Source of the DNA: Candidatus Saccharimonadota bacterium
GTDB taxonomy: Bacteria > Patescibacteriota > Saccharimonadia > Saccharimonadales > UBA4665
DNA: 64,000 nucleotides
Assembly (NCBI GenBank): GCA_050436805.1
Contig: JBNQGE010000023.1
Coordinates: 10,606-74,605, forward strand
Direction: 5' to 3'
The translations under genes and the position numbers were made by a program. Below are positions 10,070 to 18,437 of the stretch, one piece after another; positions within the stretch are counted from its first letter, which is position 1; the number at the start of each line of letters is the position of its first letter. The notes under the pieces are model-generated. The model worked only from the letters and a program-made list of their open reading frames with translations, had not been told where the DNA came from and did no database searches.

Positions 10070-10395
10070 GGCAATCTCCTTTTATTGTTTTGTTGTTTAT
10101 TTTCGTCAAGAGACGATTGATCCAAGCCTCTCACAGCTTGCTTCAATCATAACACTCGTGCCTGGGCGACGCCACCCGCAATTTATTCTTGAAACTTTTT
10201 GAGTTTAACCGGAATATAATAGATATGACGAGTAGGAACCGTGCATCTCACACAAGATAGTGACAGCAGAAGATACCGCTGGCTGACGCAAAAGCTATCG
10301 TCGCTGCGCTCAAAAAATTGTAGAATAGTTACACAGTGCACCCTCGGGGCGCCTAATAACTAATCCGCCCCTCTACAAAAAGGAGTTGGCACTCG

Positions 10396-12429
10396 ATGAG
10401 TAGTCCAGAAGGTTTTGAAACATACACAATCCCAACAAGCCTTCTGGGCGCCCTCGGCGAAGGTGTCGAGCACCAGCAATCATGGGAGCTTTTTCAATCC
10501 ATCGAGGAAGACGCTCGCAAGTACCTCCTTGTCCAGTTCTACAACAAGGTAAAGGAACAGCCAGAAGCCTTTGGCAAAACGTCCCCACTCCACGAATCAT
10601 GGGATGTTCTAATGGAAATGGAACGGGACAAACCGGAAGTAGTTGAGTCCTTGTTAACGAGCCCAGCGACAGGCAGCTGGCTCAGTCACACCCTTCGACG
10701 GCTGCAGGGCGAGAGAAGCGACAGGCAGGCACCATTATGGGCCGACGTTGGATATTTTAACGCGCTCGTGGCCGGATTTGCACATCACAGCGGCATGGAT
10801 TTTACCCTAACCGTACCAACAATTGACGGCAAGGCATTTTTGCCGCAAGTAGGTAGCGCCATGTTGTCAGATCGCTCTTCATACGGCACGGCTACCGTTG
10901 AATCTCGGGATAACGTGCTGCACATTAACAACAGCCGCACATCTCTCGAAATCACGGATACAGCGATGCCCAACACCAATTGGCGGCCTGTCATACGGCA
11001 TGAGAGCCGAGCCAACTTGGCGACAACCTCTAAGGACATTGCGCTTACCGTTACTCTGGACGATGCCGACCCCTACAACACAGCAACACCCTACGAACTA
11101 TCGGCCGAGGAAACAACAGAATGGCACACCATGCTTGATGAAACATGGAACCAGCTGGCCGCAGTCCACCCCCGCTTTGCCGAGGGTCTCAGCCGCCGTT
11201 TGTCCGTTATTGTGCCGTCGGCTCGTCGAAAACAGTTTGAAGCCAGCAGCTCGTCAGCCGACATCAACATCGGGAGTATCGAGATGTCATTGCCAACCAA
11301 CCCGATTGAGGCAGGGGAGATGATCGTCCACGAATCCTGTGGTCATGGCGTGCTAAATAGTGTACTTGGAGCCTTGGAGCTTATCAAAAATCCGCCCACG
11401 CGAGCAGATCAGTATGCACCCTGGCGCGATGACCCAAGGCCCTTAATGGGCCTGCTGCACGGCATTTACTCATTTTCGAGAGTCGTGGATTATTACACAA
11501 CACAACGAAGCCACCTGCCTGACGGTACTCCACGCGCCGACCTTGCCGACTTTGAACGTTTGCTGTGGGGTCAGCAGGTACAGACCGCCGCACATGCCTT
11601 GAGTCGCCGATTAGTCGTTAACGACTCCGCTCGACTTGTCACCAACCCTCTCGATAGGCTCACGGGCATGTACACTCAGGAGGACGGTATTATTACCATG
11701 TCGGCAGACTCCTACTCTAGAACGCGCGGAACTCTCGGGGGCACCCACAGAAATACCTTTCTTGAAGCCATGGATACCCGCGTGAAACAGTATGAGGTAT
11801 TGCCGACAACACACTCAAAAATATCCCCAACAGTTGCAGCACATGTTCGGCTGGCCATCGCAGACCACAAGGCGCTCTGGAATGCATATCACAGAAGACC
11901 CACGCCTGAGGATGTTTCCATGTTTGTCAATGCTTGGACGATGCCCGCTCATGTCGAGATGCCCAAGCTAACAACTATCCGCCCTATATTACAGCCAGAC
12001 CCTAGCGCCTGCCGGCTGAATGCCAGGGCTATACTGGCTCGACACCACATTCTTGATCCAGAGGGTTTTGAACAAGCTTTTCACGAAAGCGAGTCCATGC
12101 GAGATAAAGCTGATCGGGCACTCATCTTGGGTAAGCTATCGACAGCTGAGGCATTATACGAAGGCATGCTCGAAGCGAACCCCCTGGATAAGCCTGCATT
12201 CATTGGCTTAGCATTATCCACGCTGCAAGGCGATCCAGGGTTCGCGGCAAAGGCAATGACTCTGGCAAGTACCGTAATTGACATTCAAGCTAGACTTATA
12301 GACACAACGGGGAGAGCACCTCATTACTCCAAGCTACTGGGATGGCTCCTGGAGCCCAGCATCGAGGTCCAGACAGGTTGGTATGATTACCTGGACTTAA
12401 GTCCTATGAACCCTCGGAACCAGCTTTAA
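10396..12429 (+). CDS. HEXXH-motif-domain protein (FxsC-like / aKG-HExxH peptide-modifying family) with a TPR-like C-terminal tail
   Basis: AAAGGAG SD upstream. The central block ..GEMIVHESCGHGVLNSVL..YAPWRDDPRPLMGLLHGIYSF.. matches my memory of the 'HEXXH motif domain' family (metal motif followed by aPWR.DPRP..GLL.G.Y.F). Here the two His residues are spaced HExxxH. Confidence 0.55.
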   Translation: MSSPEGFETYTIPTSLLGALGEGVEHQQSWELFQSIEEDARKYLLVQFYNKVKEQPEAFGKTSPLHESWDVLMEMERDKPEVVESLLTSPATGSWLSHTLRRLQGERSDRQAPLWADVGYFNALVAGFAHHSGMDFTLTVPTIDGKAFLPQVGSAMLSDRSSYGTATVESRDNVLHINNSRTSLEITDTAMPNTNWRPVIRHESRANLATTSKDIALTVTLDDADPYNTATPYELSAEETTEWHTMLDETWNQLAAVHPRFAEGLSRRLSVIVPSARRKQFEASSSSADINIGSIEMSLPTNPIEAGEMIVHESCGHGVLNSVLGALELIKNPPTRADQYAPWRDDPRPLMGLLHGIYSFSRVVDYYTTQRSHLPDGTPRADLADFERLLWGQQVQTAAHALSRRLVVNDSARLVTNPLDRLTGMYTQEDGIITMSADSYSRTRGTLGGTHRNTFLEAMDTRVKQYEVLPTTHSKISPTVAAHVRLAIADHKALWNAYHRRPTPEDVSMFVNAWTMPAHVEMPKLTTIRPILQPDPSACRLNARAILARHHILDPEGFEQAFHESESMRDKADRALILGKLSTAEALYEGMLEANPLDKPAFIGLALSTLQGDPGFAAKAMTLASTVIDIQARLIDTTGRAPHYSKLLGWLLEPSIEVQTGWYDYLDLSPMNPRNQL

Positions 12430-12634
12430 GAACACTCGGTATAGCATTGATGCGTTCGACACCAGCCATACCAGGCAAGTGGTTGTCGTAGGCGTCCATA
12501 AGTTCTACCATGCTGCCAAGAGGCATGGTAAGTCGAGGGATGGTTGTTTCGGCGGAAACTTCCTCGAGATTTGGCGCTCCACTCTCTACAACTTCATTAT
12601 CTACAGAATAAAGGTTTTCATATACTAAAGACAT
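12404..12634 (-). CDS. 76-aa acidic peptide, candidate precursor peptide (copy 1)
   Basis: TAAGGGGG SD 8 nt upstream of the ATG. It is a paralog of 12677..12910. Its 3' end overlaps the 3' end of the HEXXH gene by 26 nt (convergent). Confidence 0.6.
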   Translation of the reverse strand: MSLVYENLYSVDNEVVESGAPNLEEVSAETTIPRLTMPLGSMVELMDAYDNHLPGMAGVERINAIPSVLKAGSEGS

Positions 12635-12676
12635 GCGCGGTGCCCCCTTAATGTTTCAATTTTAGCGTAACAATCT

Positions 12677-12910
12677 CTATGAGCCACTGGAGCCAGCCTT
12701 ACGGAAACTAGGAGTAGCATTAACCTGCTCAACGCCGTCCATGCCCGGCAAGTGGTTGTCGTAGGCGTCCATAAGTTCTACCATGCTGCCAAGAGGCAAG
12801 CCAAGTCGAGGGATGGTTGTTTCGGTAGCAACAGGTTCAAGCTCTAATGCTCCACTTCCTAGAGCTTCCTCACCTTCCGCAAAATAAAGGTTTTCATACG
12901 CTAAAGACAT
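12677..12910 (-). CDS. 77-aa acidic peptide, candidate precursor peptide (copy 2)
   Basis: I place the start at the internal ATG 12910, preceded by AAGGGGGG, the same SD context as copy 1. About two thirds of residues are identical to copy 1, and the core PLGSMVELMDAYDNHLPGM is invariant. Confidence 0.6.
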   Translation of the reverse strand: MSLAYENLYFAEGEEALGSGALELEPVATETTIPRLGLPLGSMVELMDAYDNHLPGMDGVEQVNATPSFRKAGSSGS

Positions 12911-12938
12911 ACACTGGCACCCCCCCTTAATTGCTTTC

Positions 12939-12947
12939 ATTCTAACA
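12939..12947 (-). promoter_or_regulatory. Possible extended -10 promoter (TGTTAGAAT) for the twin-peptide operon
   Basis: TGnTAGAAT lies about 29 nt upstream of ATG 12910. I see no good -35 element. Confidence 0.35.
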
Positions 12948-13529
12948 TAAGCGTGTTCATACAAACACAACGACATGTCAAAAACCAACGTTCCAACTTT
13001 AGTGATACACTACTAGCATATTTATAAGAACACAATATGAAATACGGACTACCCCCACACGAATCAAATGGTCTTCTAAGGCGCCTCGACGCGATGCCCG
13101 AAGGATTTATCTTGGGACTTCCGGTAACAGAGGACGACATGGTAGTCAGGATCAAAACGCTGCAGCCGTTTCGCTTAGAGCTCCTTCGCTTGCCGAACTA
13201 ACGAGTCCGCAGCGAGCGGAAGAGTCAGCTTCGCTGGTTGTCCCAGATTGGCATATGCTTCCTACCGAAAGTCCGACACGAAGAGTTCCCTGCGAGTTAG
13301 TCCTGCCACAGCAAGAACGATTTGCCGAGTCATTTGATCGACTTATGCAAACGTCCAAGGGTCAGGAATGGTTTCTTGGCGCAGGCTACGAAACCGATAT
13401 TGAAGCCTGCGAAGACAGGGCCAAATTTTTTAGAGTCTACCCGCCAGTTGGTCGTTTTGTGGGAATGAGAGAAGAAATATACCAAGCTTCGTCCATGTAC
13501 GAACTTTTCTTACTCTAGAAGTTGACCAT

Positions 13530-14189
13530 CTAGTCGAAATGGCCCTTTGCCATGGGTGCCGCTTGGGTGGCAACGGTCAGTGCGCCTAATTTGAACTGGA
13601 TTCTTGTGGCACGCAATCGAAACATCTCTTTATGTGCCTTGTGACCAAATCGGGTCGCATCCGACATTCCGCCCTTAGAAAATACCATAAACGGCAGTGA
13701 GAAATCGTCGTCGTCGAATCGCGGAACATCTCCATACGCGGCGGCACGCACTTCGAAATCTGGATGATAATCGATAATTGTGTCGAGTACATGTTGGCGA
13801 TCCGCACGCACCCGATCCTTTGCTGTCGTACCCATGATAAGCGGGAAATACATCGTAAAATTATTCGTAAGCGGGTCAACATCAAAAATCGGATCGTCTT
13901 CCAATTGAGCCGTTACCAACGAATGACGTGAAGACATTTGAGCAATCGCACGATTGGCCACCAAAGCCAAAAGTCCTGGTTGCTGACCATATGATTCATC
14001 AATTTCTTGCAACGCAGCATACTGGTATTCATTAAAAATTGGCAGTGCCAACGGTGGAAGTTCCGTGAATGGAAACATGCGCTGTGTTTGCAGTCGCGCG
14101 TCGCTAAGCCGGACGCTACCTTCGTCGATCGCCGGACGCTCTACAAAAAGGGTTGATACAAGTTGTTGCGAGGGTTGTTCTTCAATCAT
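13530..14189 (-). CDS. Hypothetical protein
   Basis: 219-aa ORF with no motif I recognise. Confidence 0.45.
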   Translation of the reverse strand: MIEEQPSQQLVSTLFVERPAIDEGSVRLSDARLQTQRMFPFTELPPLALPIFNEYQYAALQEIDESYGQQPGLLALVANRAIAQMSSRHSLVTAQLEDDPIFDVDPLTNNFTMYFPLIMGTTAKDRVRADRQHVLDTIIDYHPDFEVRAAAYGDVPRFDDDDFSLPFMVFSKGGMSDATRFGHKAHKEMFRLRATRIQFKLGALTVATQAAPMAKGHFD

Positions 14190-14330
14190 AGTACCGTATG
14201 CCGCCTTTACCTATCTCAAATATAAAGCATTAGCGCATTTCAGGGAAGTAGTCGAGGGTTGCTAGCTCTCACTACCATATTCTTGTTGAATGTGTGCCCC
14301 CTGAGCAAAAGAATGCCCAGGGGGCGGAGA

Positions 14331-14885
14331 CTACGCGGCGAGGCCGAGATGCTGCAGCACCGTAGCCCACGTCAGGACAGGCACGAGACCGTCCGTCGAC
14401 ACGAGTTCCGGCTGCTCCTGCGGGCCGAACAAGTACCGCGTGCCGACATGAGGCATGTGGCGCAGAACGTCGGCGCGGTCATCTGCGAAGTGGGTCAACG
14501 GACCGCCCGGGAGGCTGTCCGCAATCGGACCTTTTTCGTAGCGCTCGCGACAAAAGCGCAGGTTCTCGGGGCGGAAACGTGTCCGTTCGTAGAAGCTGTT
14601 GTGCCCCAGCCACAAGCGGGTTTTGGCGTCCGACTTCACCTTCGAAATGATGAAGACGTTCTGCGGACCGAACGCGCTCGTTATGGCCCTGATGGCCTCG
14701 AACGCTCCAGGCACCGCTGTGGTGCGTAGGAAATTGTCGCTGCGGAACGACGTGTCGGTGTTGTCGTTCTTGATGCGATCAATGATCACACCGCCAACGT
14801 CCAATCCAATGCGTACGTGCACTGTTTCTCCCTTGATCTCTCTGGCGTCCTCAACCAGGATAGCATGGTGGCCGCCGGCGATCAA
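14331..14885 (-). CDS. GC-rich hypothetical protein (weak HAD-like N-terminus)
   Basis: 184 aa. Third codon positions are visibly G/C-rich compared with the neighbours. IGLDVGGVI resembles a HAD motif I only loosely. Confidence 0.45.
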   Translation of the reverse strand: MIAGGHHAILVEDAREIKGETVHVRIGLDVGGVIIDRIKNDNTDTSFRSDNFLRTTAVPGAFEAIRAITSAFGPQNVFIISKVKSDAKTRLWLGHNSFYERTRFRPENLRFCRERYEKGPIADSLPGGPLTHFADDRADVLRHMPHVGTRYLFGPQEQPELVSTDGLVPVLTWATVLQHLGLAA

Positions 14886-14897
14886 AAGAGCCCCAAT

Positions 14898-15326
14898 CTA
14901 CAACGCAACAGAGAGGCCGTTGAGCGCAATGGTGTTGCTTGGCACGAGTATTGTCGTCGCCATGTTCTCAGATGGCGACGTGTTAGTTTCTGTGCCATCC
15001 GCTAGACACAGGATATCACCGCCCAAATGGGCCGTGTCTGCCATCGTAACCGCCGAGGCCTGCGGCATATCTAGTGCTTCGATAGTTTGCGAGTGTTCAG
15101 CCGATAATCCGTACCCGGTACTAAGCGCTATGAGTGCTACCGCGCCAGCACCCTGGCCACGTCGACGACCATTAAGTCGCGATGGCTTGCCCTCGTGACA
15201 TACGTTTCGTGCGTTTGGCTCCAATCTGTCGTAGCCCCTCTGGCCGTACGGTGTGGTTTTTTGTTGGCCCCCATTGGGACCAAACAGCTTGCCCCAAGCC
15301 TTTGCTTCGTCTTTACACTTTGTCAT
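14898..15326 (-). CDS. Hypothetical protein with one predicted TM segment
   Basis: A perfect AGGAGG SD lies 6 nt upstream of the ATG. The gene sits 12 nt upstream of 14331..14885. Confidence 0.5.
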   Translation of the reverse strand: MTKCKDEAKAWGKLFGPNGGQQKTTPYGQRGYDRLEPNARNVCHEGKPSRLNGRRRGQGAGAVALIALSTGYGLSAEHSQTIEALDMPQASAVTMADTAHLGGDILCLADGTETNTSPSENMATTILVPSNTIALNGLSVAL

Positions 15327-15480
15327 GTCAGCCTCCTATTCGTAGAAGTTACGTGTGATCTTCTATGCTCATAGTCTAGGCCGCGGGCAGTAGCGCTGTC
15401 TGTCTCCCAGATCACACTAATACGCGTGTGATTTTGTAGTATTAGCACGAGCGCTTTGTGTGTATAATGCACCATAGAAT

Positions 15481-16389
15481 ATGGCTGCTAACAGAGAAGG
15501 AAATCCTCCTGAGATTGTACCTAGCCCATCTCCCAACGATGTGCGTGTGCGGTCTGTGGCCCAACGTGCCGTGGCAGAAACTACTAACCTTGGGGATGTT
15601 CGAATACCTTTTAATACGCAGTGGGAGATGGAAGATTTCGCGTATCTTGTTGGCATAGATGAAGGCTGGCATAGTCTGACGGATGGCCAAACGCCGAGCC
15701 TCGATGAGATGGAGACCACGGCGGCCCATGAGCGCATCACGAGCATACTTGAACACCCGCTATTCCCGGACCATGTCGTCGGCTACGCGTTTAGCCATCT
15801 CCATTTGAAGGAAGGGTGGGTACGGCCGGGGCAGATACTTAGTCGCCTCTGCGACACCTACTACGCGATACCTTACGCACATTTCACACAGCTCAATGCT
15901 ACGCTCCGCACACTCACGGACCAGGAACGTTTAGAGGGTGCCAAGGGAGCTTACCGAGTCACGGAGCACTGCCGACAAGAAGAATTCTGTCCCGAACTTG
16001 GCGAAGAGTTTTTTGATTGGACAGTAGACCAGCTTAAGCAGCGCGGTGGCCGGGGCAAGCCCAAATACCTTGCCTTGGCGTACTTTGGCGAGACGATCAC
16101 ACCTCACGAATTCTGGGCTGGCATGCAGGCGCTGGGCCAATGGCAACACGCCGGAAGATTCGACTTCTCAAGGCTTGACGGCAAGCTATGTCTGCCGAAC
16201 TACGAAGATCCCAAAAAAACTGCATTTCTCGACCTTCTTGATGGCAAATTGAAACAGCAAGAACCAGGCCACGACCCCATCAAGCTGGAAAAAGCCATGC
16301 GTGCTGCAGGTGTTGTCCGGGGACCTCGGCGACTCAGCAACAGAAATCATTGGATAGGCGGCAGCGAGGAGCCTCGTGAAACCGATTGA
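15481..16389 (+). CDS. Hypothetical protein
   Basis: 302-aa ORF that overlaps the next gene by 14 nt. A TATAAT box lies about 14 nt upstream of the ATG with no SD, so the transcript may be near-leaderless. Confidence 0.5.
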   Translation: MAANREGNPPEIVPSPSPNDVRVRSVAQRAVAETTNLGDVRIPFNTQWEMEDFAYLVGIDEGWHSLTDGQTPSLDEMETTAAHERITSILEHPLFPDHVVGYAFSHLHLKEGWVRPGQILSRLCDTYYAIPYAHFTQLNATLRTLTDQERLEGAKGAYRVTEHCRQEEFCPELGEEFFDWTVDQLKQRGGRGKPKYLALAYFGETITPHEFWAGMQALGQWQHAGRFDFSRLDGKLCLPNYEDPKKTAFLDLLDGKLKQQEPGHDPIKLEKAMRAAGVVRGPRRLSNRNHWIGGSEEPRETD

Positions 16390-17962
16390 GCTCCGGCCCA
16401 TTGAGAACGTTGATCCCCGTGCAGAGTCTGGGATCGACGCTACAAATATTTCCTTGCTATTTGAAGAGCTCGGCCAGCAATCCACACCAGAAAGAACTAC
16501 CCTTGTAACCGTGGAAGACATGCAGAGTGGCATCGTGCCAACAGAAATGCTCCCCACCTCAATGTCTGCCCAGCGCGACCAGACTCCGCCAGTAAAAATC
16601 ATCGGTGATAACACGCTCGAAATAGGCGGACAAAAGGTAACGTTAGGACGCTCCGAGCTTCGTGTTTTTAATCTTCTCCTACTCAATCCAGAGGACTCTG
16701 TGCATTGCGGCAGTGTTTGCGAGAATCTAGAAGTTAGCAAAAGAGTGGCCCTGGTAGCGTTAAACGGCGTTACCACTAAGTGCAACCTGGAAGATGTCGA
16801 ACCTATCATTCTCCGAGGCTATCAGCCACCGCAGCGTCAGCGAATAGTTTACCAGCTCAATCCAGAACAATCGTTCGTAGATGAGCGCCTCAAATTTGGC
16901 ACCGAGCGCAGAGACATCCTGAGCGCCATGTGCAAAAAATATGCGGACGACCCTCGTGTCTTGGCAGGGCTACAGGATTTTGTACCTGCTGGACTATCAG
17001 TTGCTGATTTGCCATCTTACCGTTTGTATCGAAGACAGAAGGCTGCCATCCCCCGGATATCCGAAGCAGAACAGGCTTTATCAGTACGTCAACTTGATGA
17101 GGTCATCGAATGCGTTCTGCAGCAGCGCGATAGCGAAGATCAACACATTCGTGCAGTGATCGCCGCTAACAAGCTCTGCTTTTCGATGCTGGGGCTTGCC
17201 GATTACATTACAAACAAGTTTGTTAGTCGGATGAACACCGGTACGTGGAACGACCTTTACGGATCAACTGACGACATTCTCCAGTCGGCAAACATTGCAC
17301 TCATTGAAGCAATATATACCTACGAATCGACAAAGGGATCATCGCTGGTGGGTTTTGTGGGTACGGACATCGATTTTGCGCTCCGGCATGGGCGCCTTAG
17401 GGAACGACGACATGCTGACGGTATGACAAGACTAGAACTAGAAAAACACATCGGCGAACTCGTTTCCCGGGAAGCCGCAAAGGACGATACACTTCCGATG
17501 CCCGTATTAAAGTCGCGCCGGAAGCATCTCGACGAGGATCTCGAAGCGTCTTTGCACGACCACATGGACAAAAGTCTCTACATTGATGGTCTCGATACAG
17601 TTATTAGCGAAACTACCGCCCGACGACTTAGTAAAATTATTTTTAGGTCAACTATGCTTCGTCCTATAGAAAAATTTGCCCTGAGTATGATGTTTGGCGT
17701 ATATGATCCAGCGTTCGCAGGAACACTATTCACCGTTCAGGAGAACGGCAAGACGTTTGTGTATGACGAGCATCTTGAGCAAAACCTTATTTTCCGGGAA
17801 GGCATATCTCCATGGTTGTTTTGTCGGTATTTCGGCATCAGCCAAGCCGACGCAGAAGTGATCCAAGCCGATGCGTTGGAAAAAGCACGCAATACTGTGG
17901 TTTCAACGCTCTCAGACTACGAAGAAGGCCAAAGGTGGGCAGACTGGATGTGGCAAGCTTAA
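16376..17962 (+). CDS. Sigma-70-family-like protein with a long N-terminal extension containing a winged-helix-like segment
   Basis: Region-2-like SANIALIEAIYTYESTKGSSLVGFVGTDIDFALRH and region-4-like RPIEKFALSMMFG...YFGISQADAEVIQADALEKAR. The N-terminal VTLGRSELRVFNLLLLNPEDSV resembles an OmpR-type wHTH. Confidence 0.5.
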   Translation: MKPIELRPIENVDPRAESGIDATNISLLFEELGQQSTPERTTLVTVEDMQSGIVPTEMLPTSMSAQRDQTPPVKIIGDNTLEIGGQKVTLGRSELRVFNLLLLNPEDSVHCGSVCENLEVSKRVALVALNGVTTKCNLEDVEPIILRGYQPPQRQRIVYQLNPEQSFVDERLKFGTERRDILSAMCKKYADDPRVLAGLQDFVPAGLSVADLPSYRLYRRQKAAIPRISEAEQALSVRQLDEVIECVLQQRDSEDQHIRAVIAANKLCFSMLGLADYITNKFVSRMNTGTWNDLYGSTDDILQSANIALIEAIYTYESTKGSSLVGFVGTDIDFALRHGRLRERRHADGMTRLELEKHIGELVSREAAKDDTLPMPVLKSRRKHLDEDLEASLHDHMDKSLYIDGLDTVISETTARRLSKIIFRSTMLRPIEKFALSMMFGVYDPAFAGTLFTVQENGKTFVYDEHLEQNLIFREGISPWLFCRYFGISQADAEVIQADALEKARNTVVSTLSDYEEGQRWADWMWQA

Positions 17963-18330
17963 GCCGTCCAGCCTTTGCACAAAATATACGCCACAATAAG
18001 AACCACGCTCAGGCCACCATCCCAACCGATGATGGTGCTCGTGCCCGTAATAGTCTTGTCGTGCATCATAAGTAGTGCAGTCACCGTGAGCGCAAGCTTA
18101 TTAAATATGGTGATCTCCCATAGTCCCCGATAATTTTTGGGCCGCAGGGCAAGCAGAGCGAACAGTGCTGCAAATACAAAGTAGCCATAGCAATTCCATA
18201 CATATGCCATTTTTGTCGCATGACTCGCAGTATGGACATCGCTCATTGCAGTAATCCCCGAGGCGAATGCAGCGATAGCCGCCAGCCACATAAGTATTTT
18301 TACGATCAGGAGAGAAGTGTTTTTATTCAT
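17959..18330 (-). CDS. Small integral membrane protein (4 TM)
   Basis: 123-aa hydrophobic ORF. Confidence 0.5.
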   Translation of the reverse strand: MNKNTSLLIVKILMWLAAIAAFASGITAMSDVHTASHATKMAYVWNCYGYFVFAALFALLALRPKNYRGLWEITIFNKLALTVTALLMMHDKTITGTSTIIGWDGGLSVVLIVAYILCKGWTA

Positions 18331-18437
18331 TAGCTTAGTTTAGCAATTCTTTGGCTGTTTTTAAATCAGGTAGTGGATTTATCTCTTAAAAGTGCTTTTA
18401 TGGCAAAGTTAGGGTATAATATAAAAATCCCAAAGCG

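Larger units (their letters stand above)
12404..12910. repeat. Tandem duplication (~235 nt unit) containing the two peptide genes
   Basis: 12474-12525 and 12747-12798 are identical over 52 nt. The flanks have diverged. Confidence 0.85.

Noticed and set aside
12911-12988. N-terminal 26-codon extension of peptide gene 2 (the 103-aa ORF in the track).
   Set aside because: The internal ATG at 12910 has the same SD and the same MSL(A/V)YENLY start as copy 1. The extension has no counterpart in copy 1 and overlaps the likely promoter.
13255-13518. 87-aa plus-strand ORF between the peptide genes and 13530..14189.
   Set aside because: It has no SD and no recognisable motif. It could be real, but the support is too weak to list it as a feature.
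14259-15198. Plus-strand ORFs of 156 and 199 aa.
   Set aside because: They lie antisense to the GC-rich genes 14331..14885 and 14898..15326. The latter has a perfect AGGAGG SD, whereas these ORFs have no SD and an Arg/Ser/Pro-rich composition.
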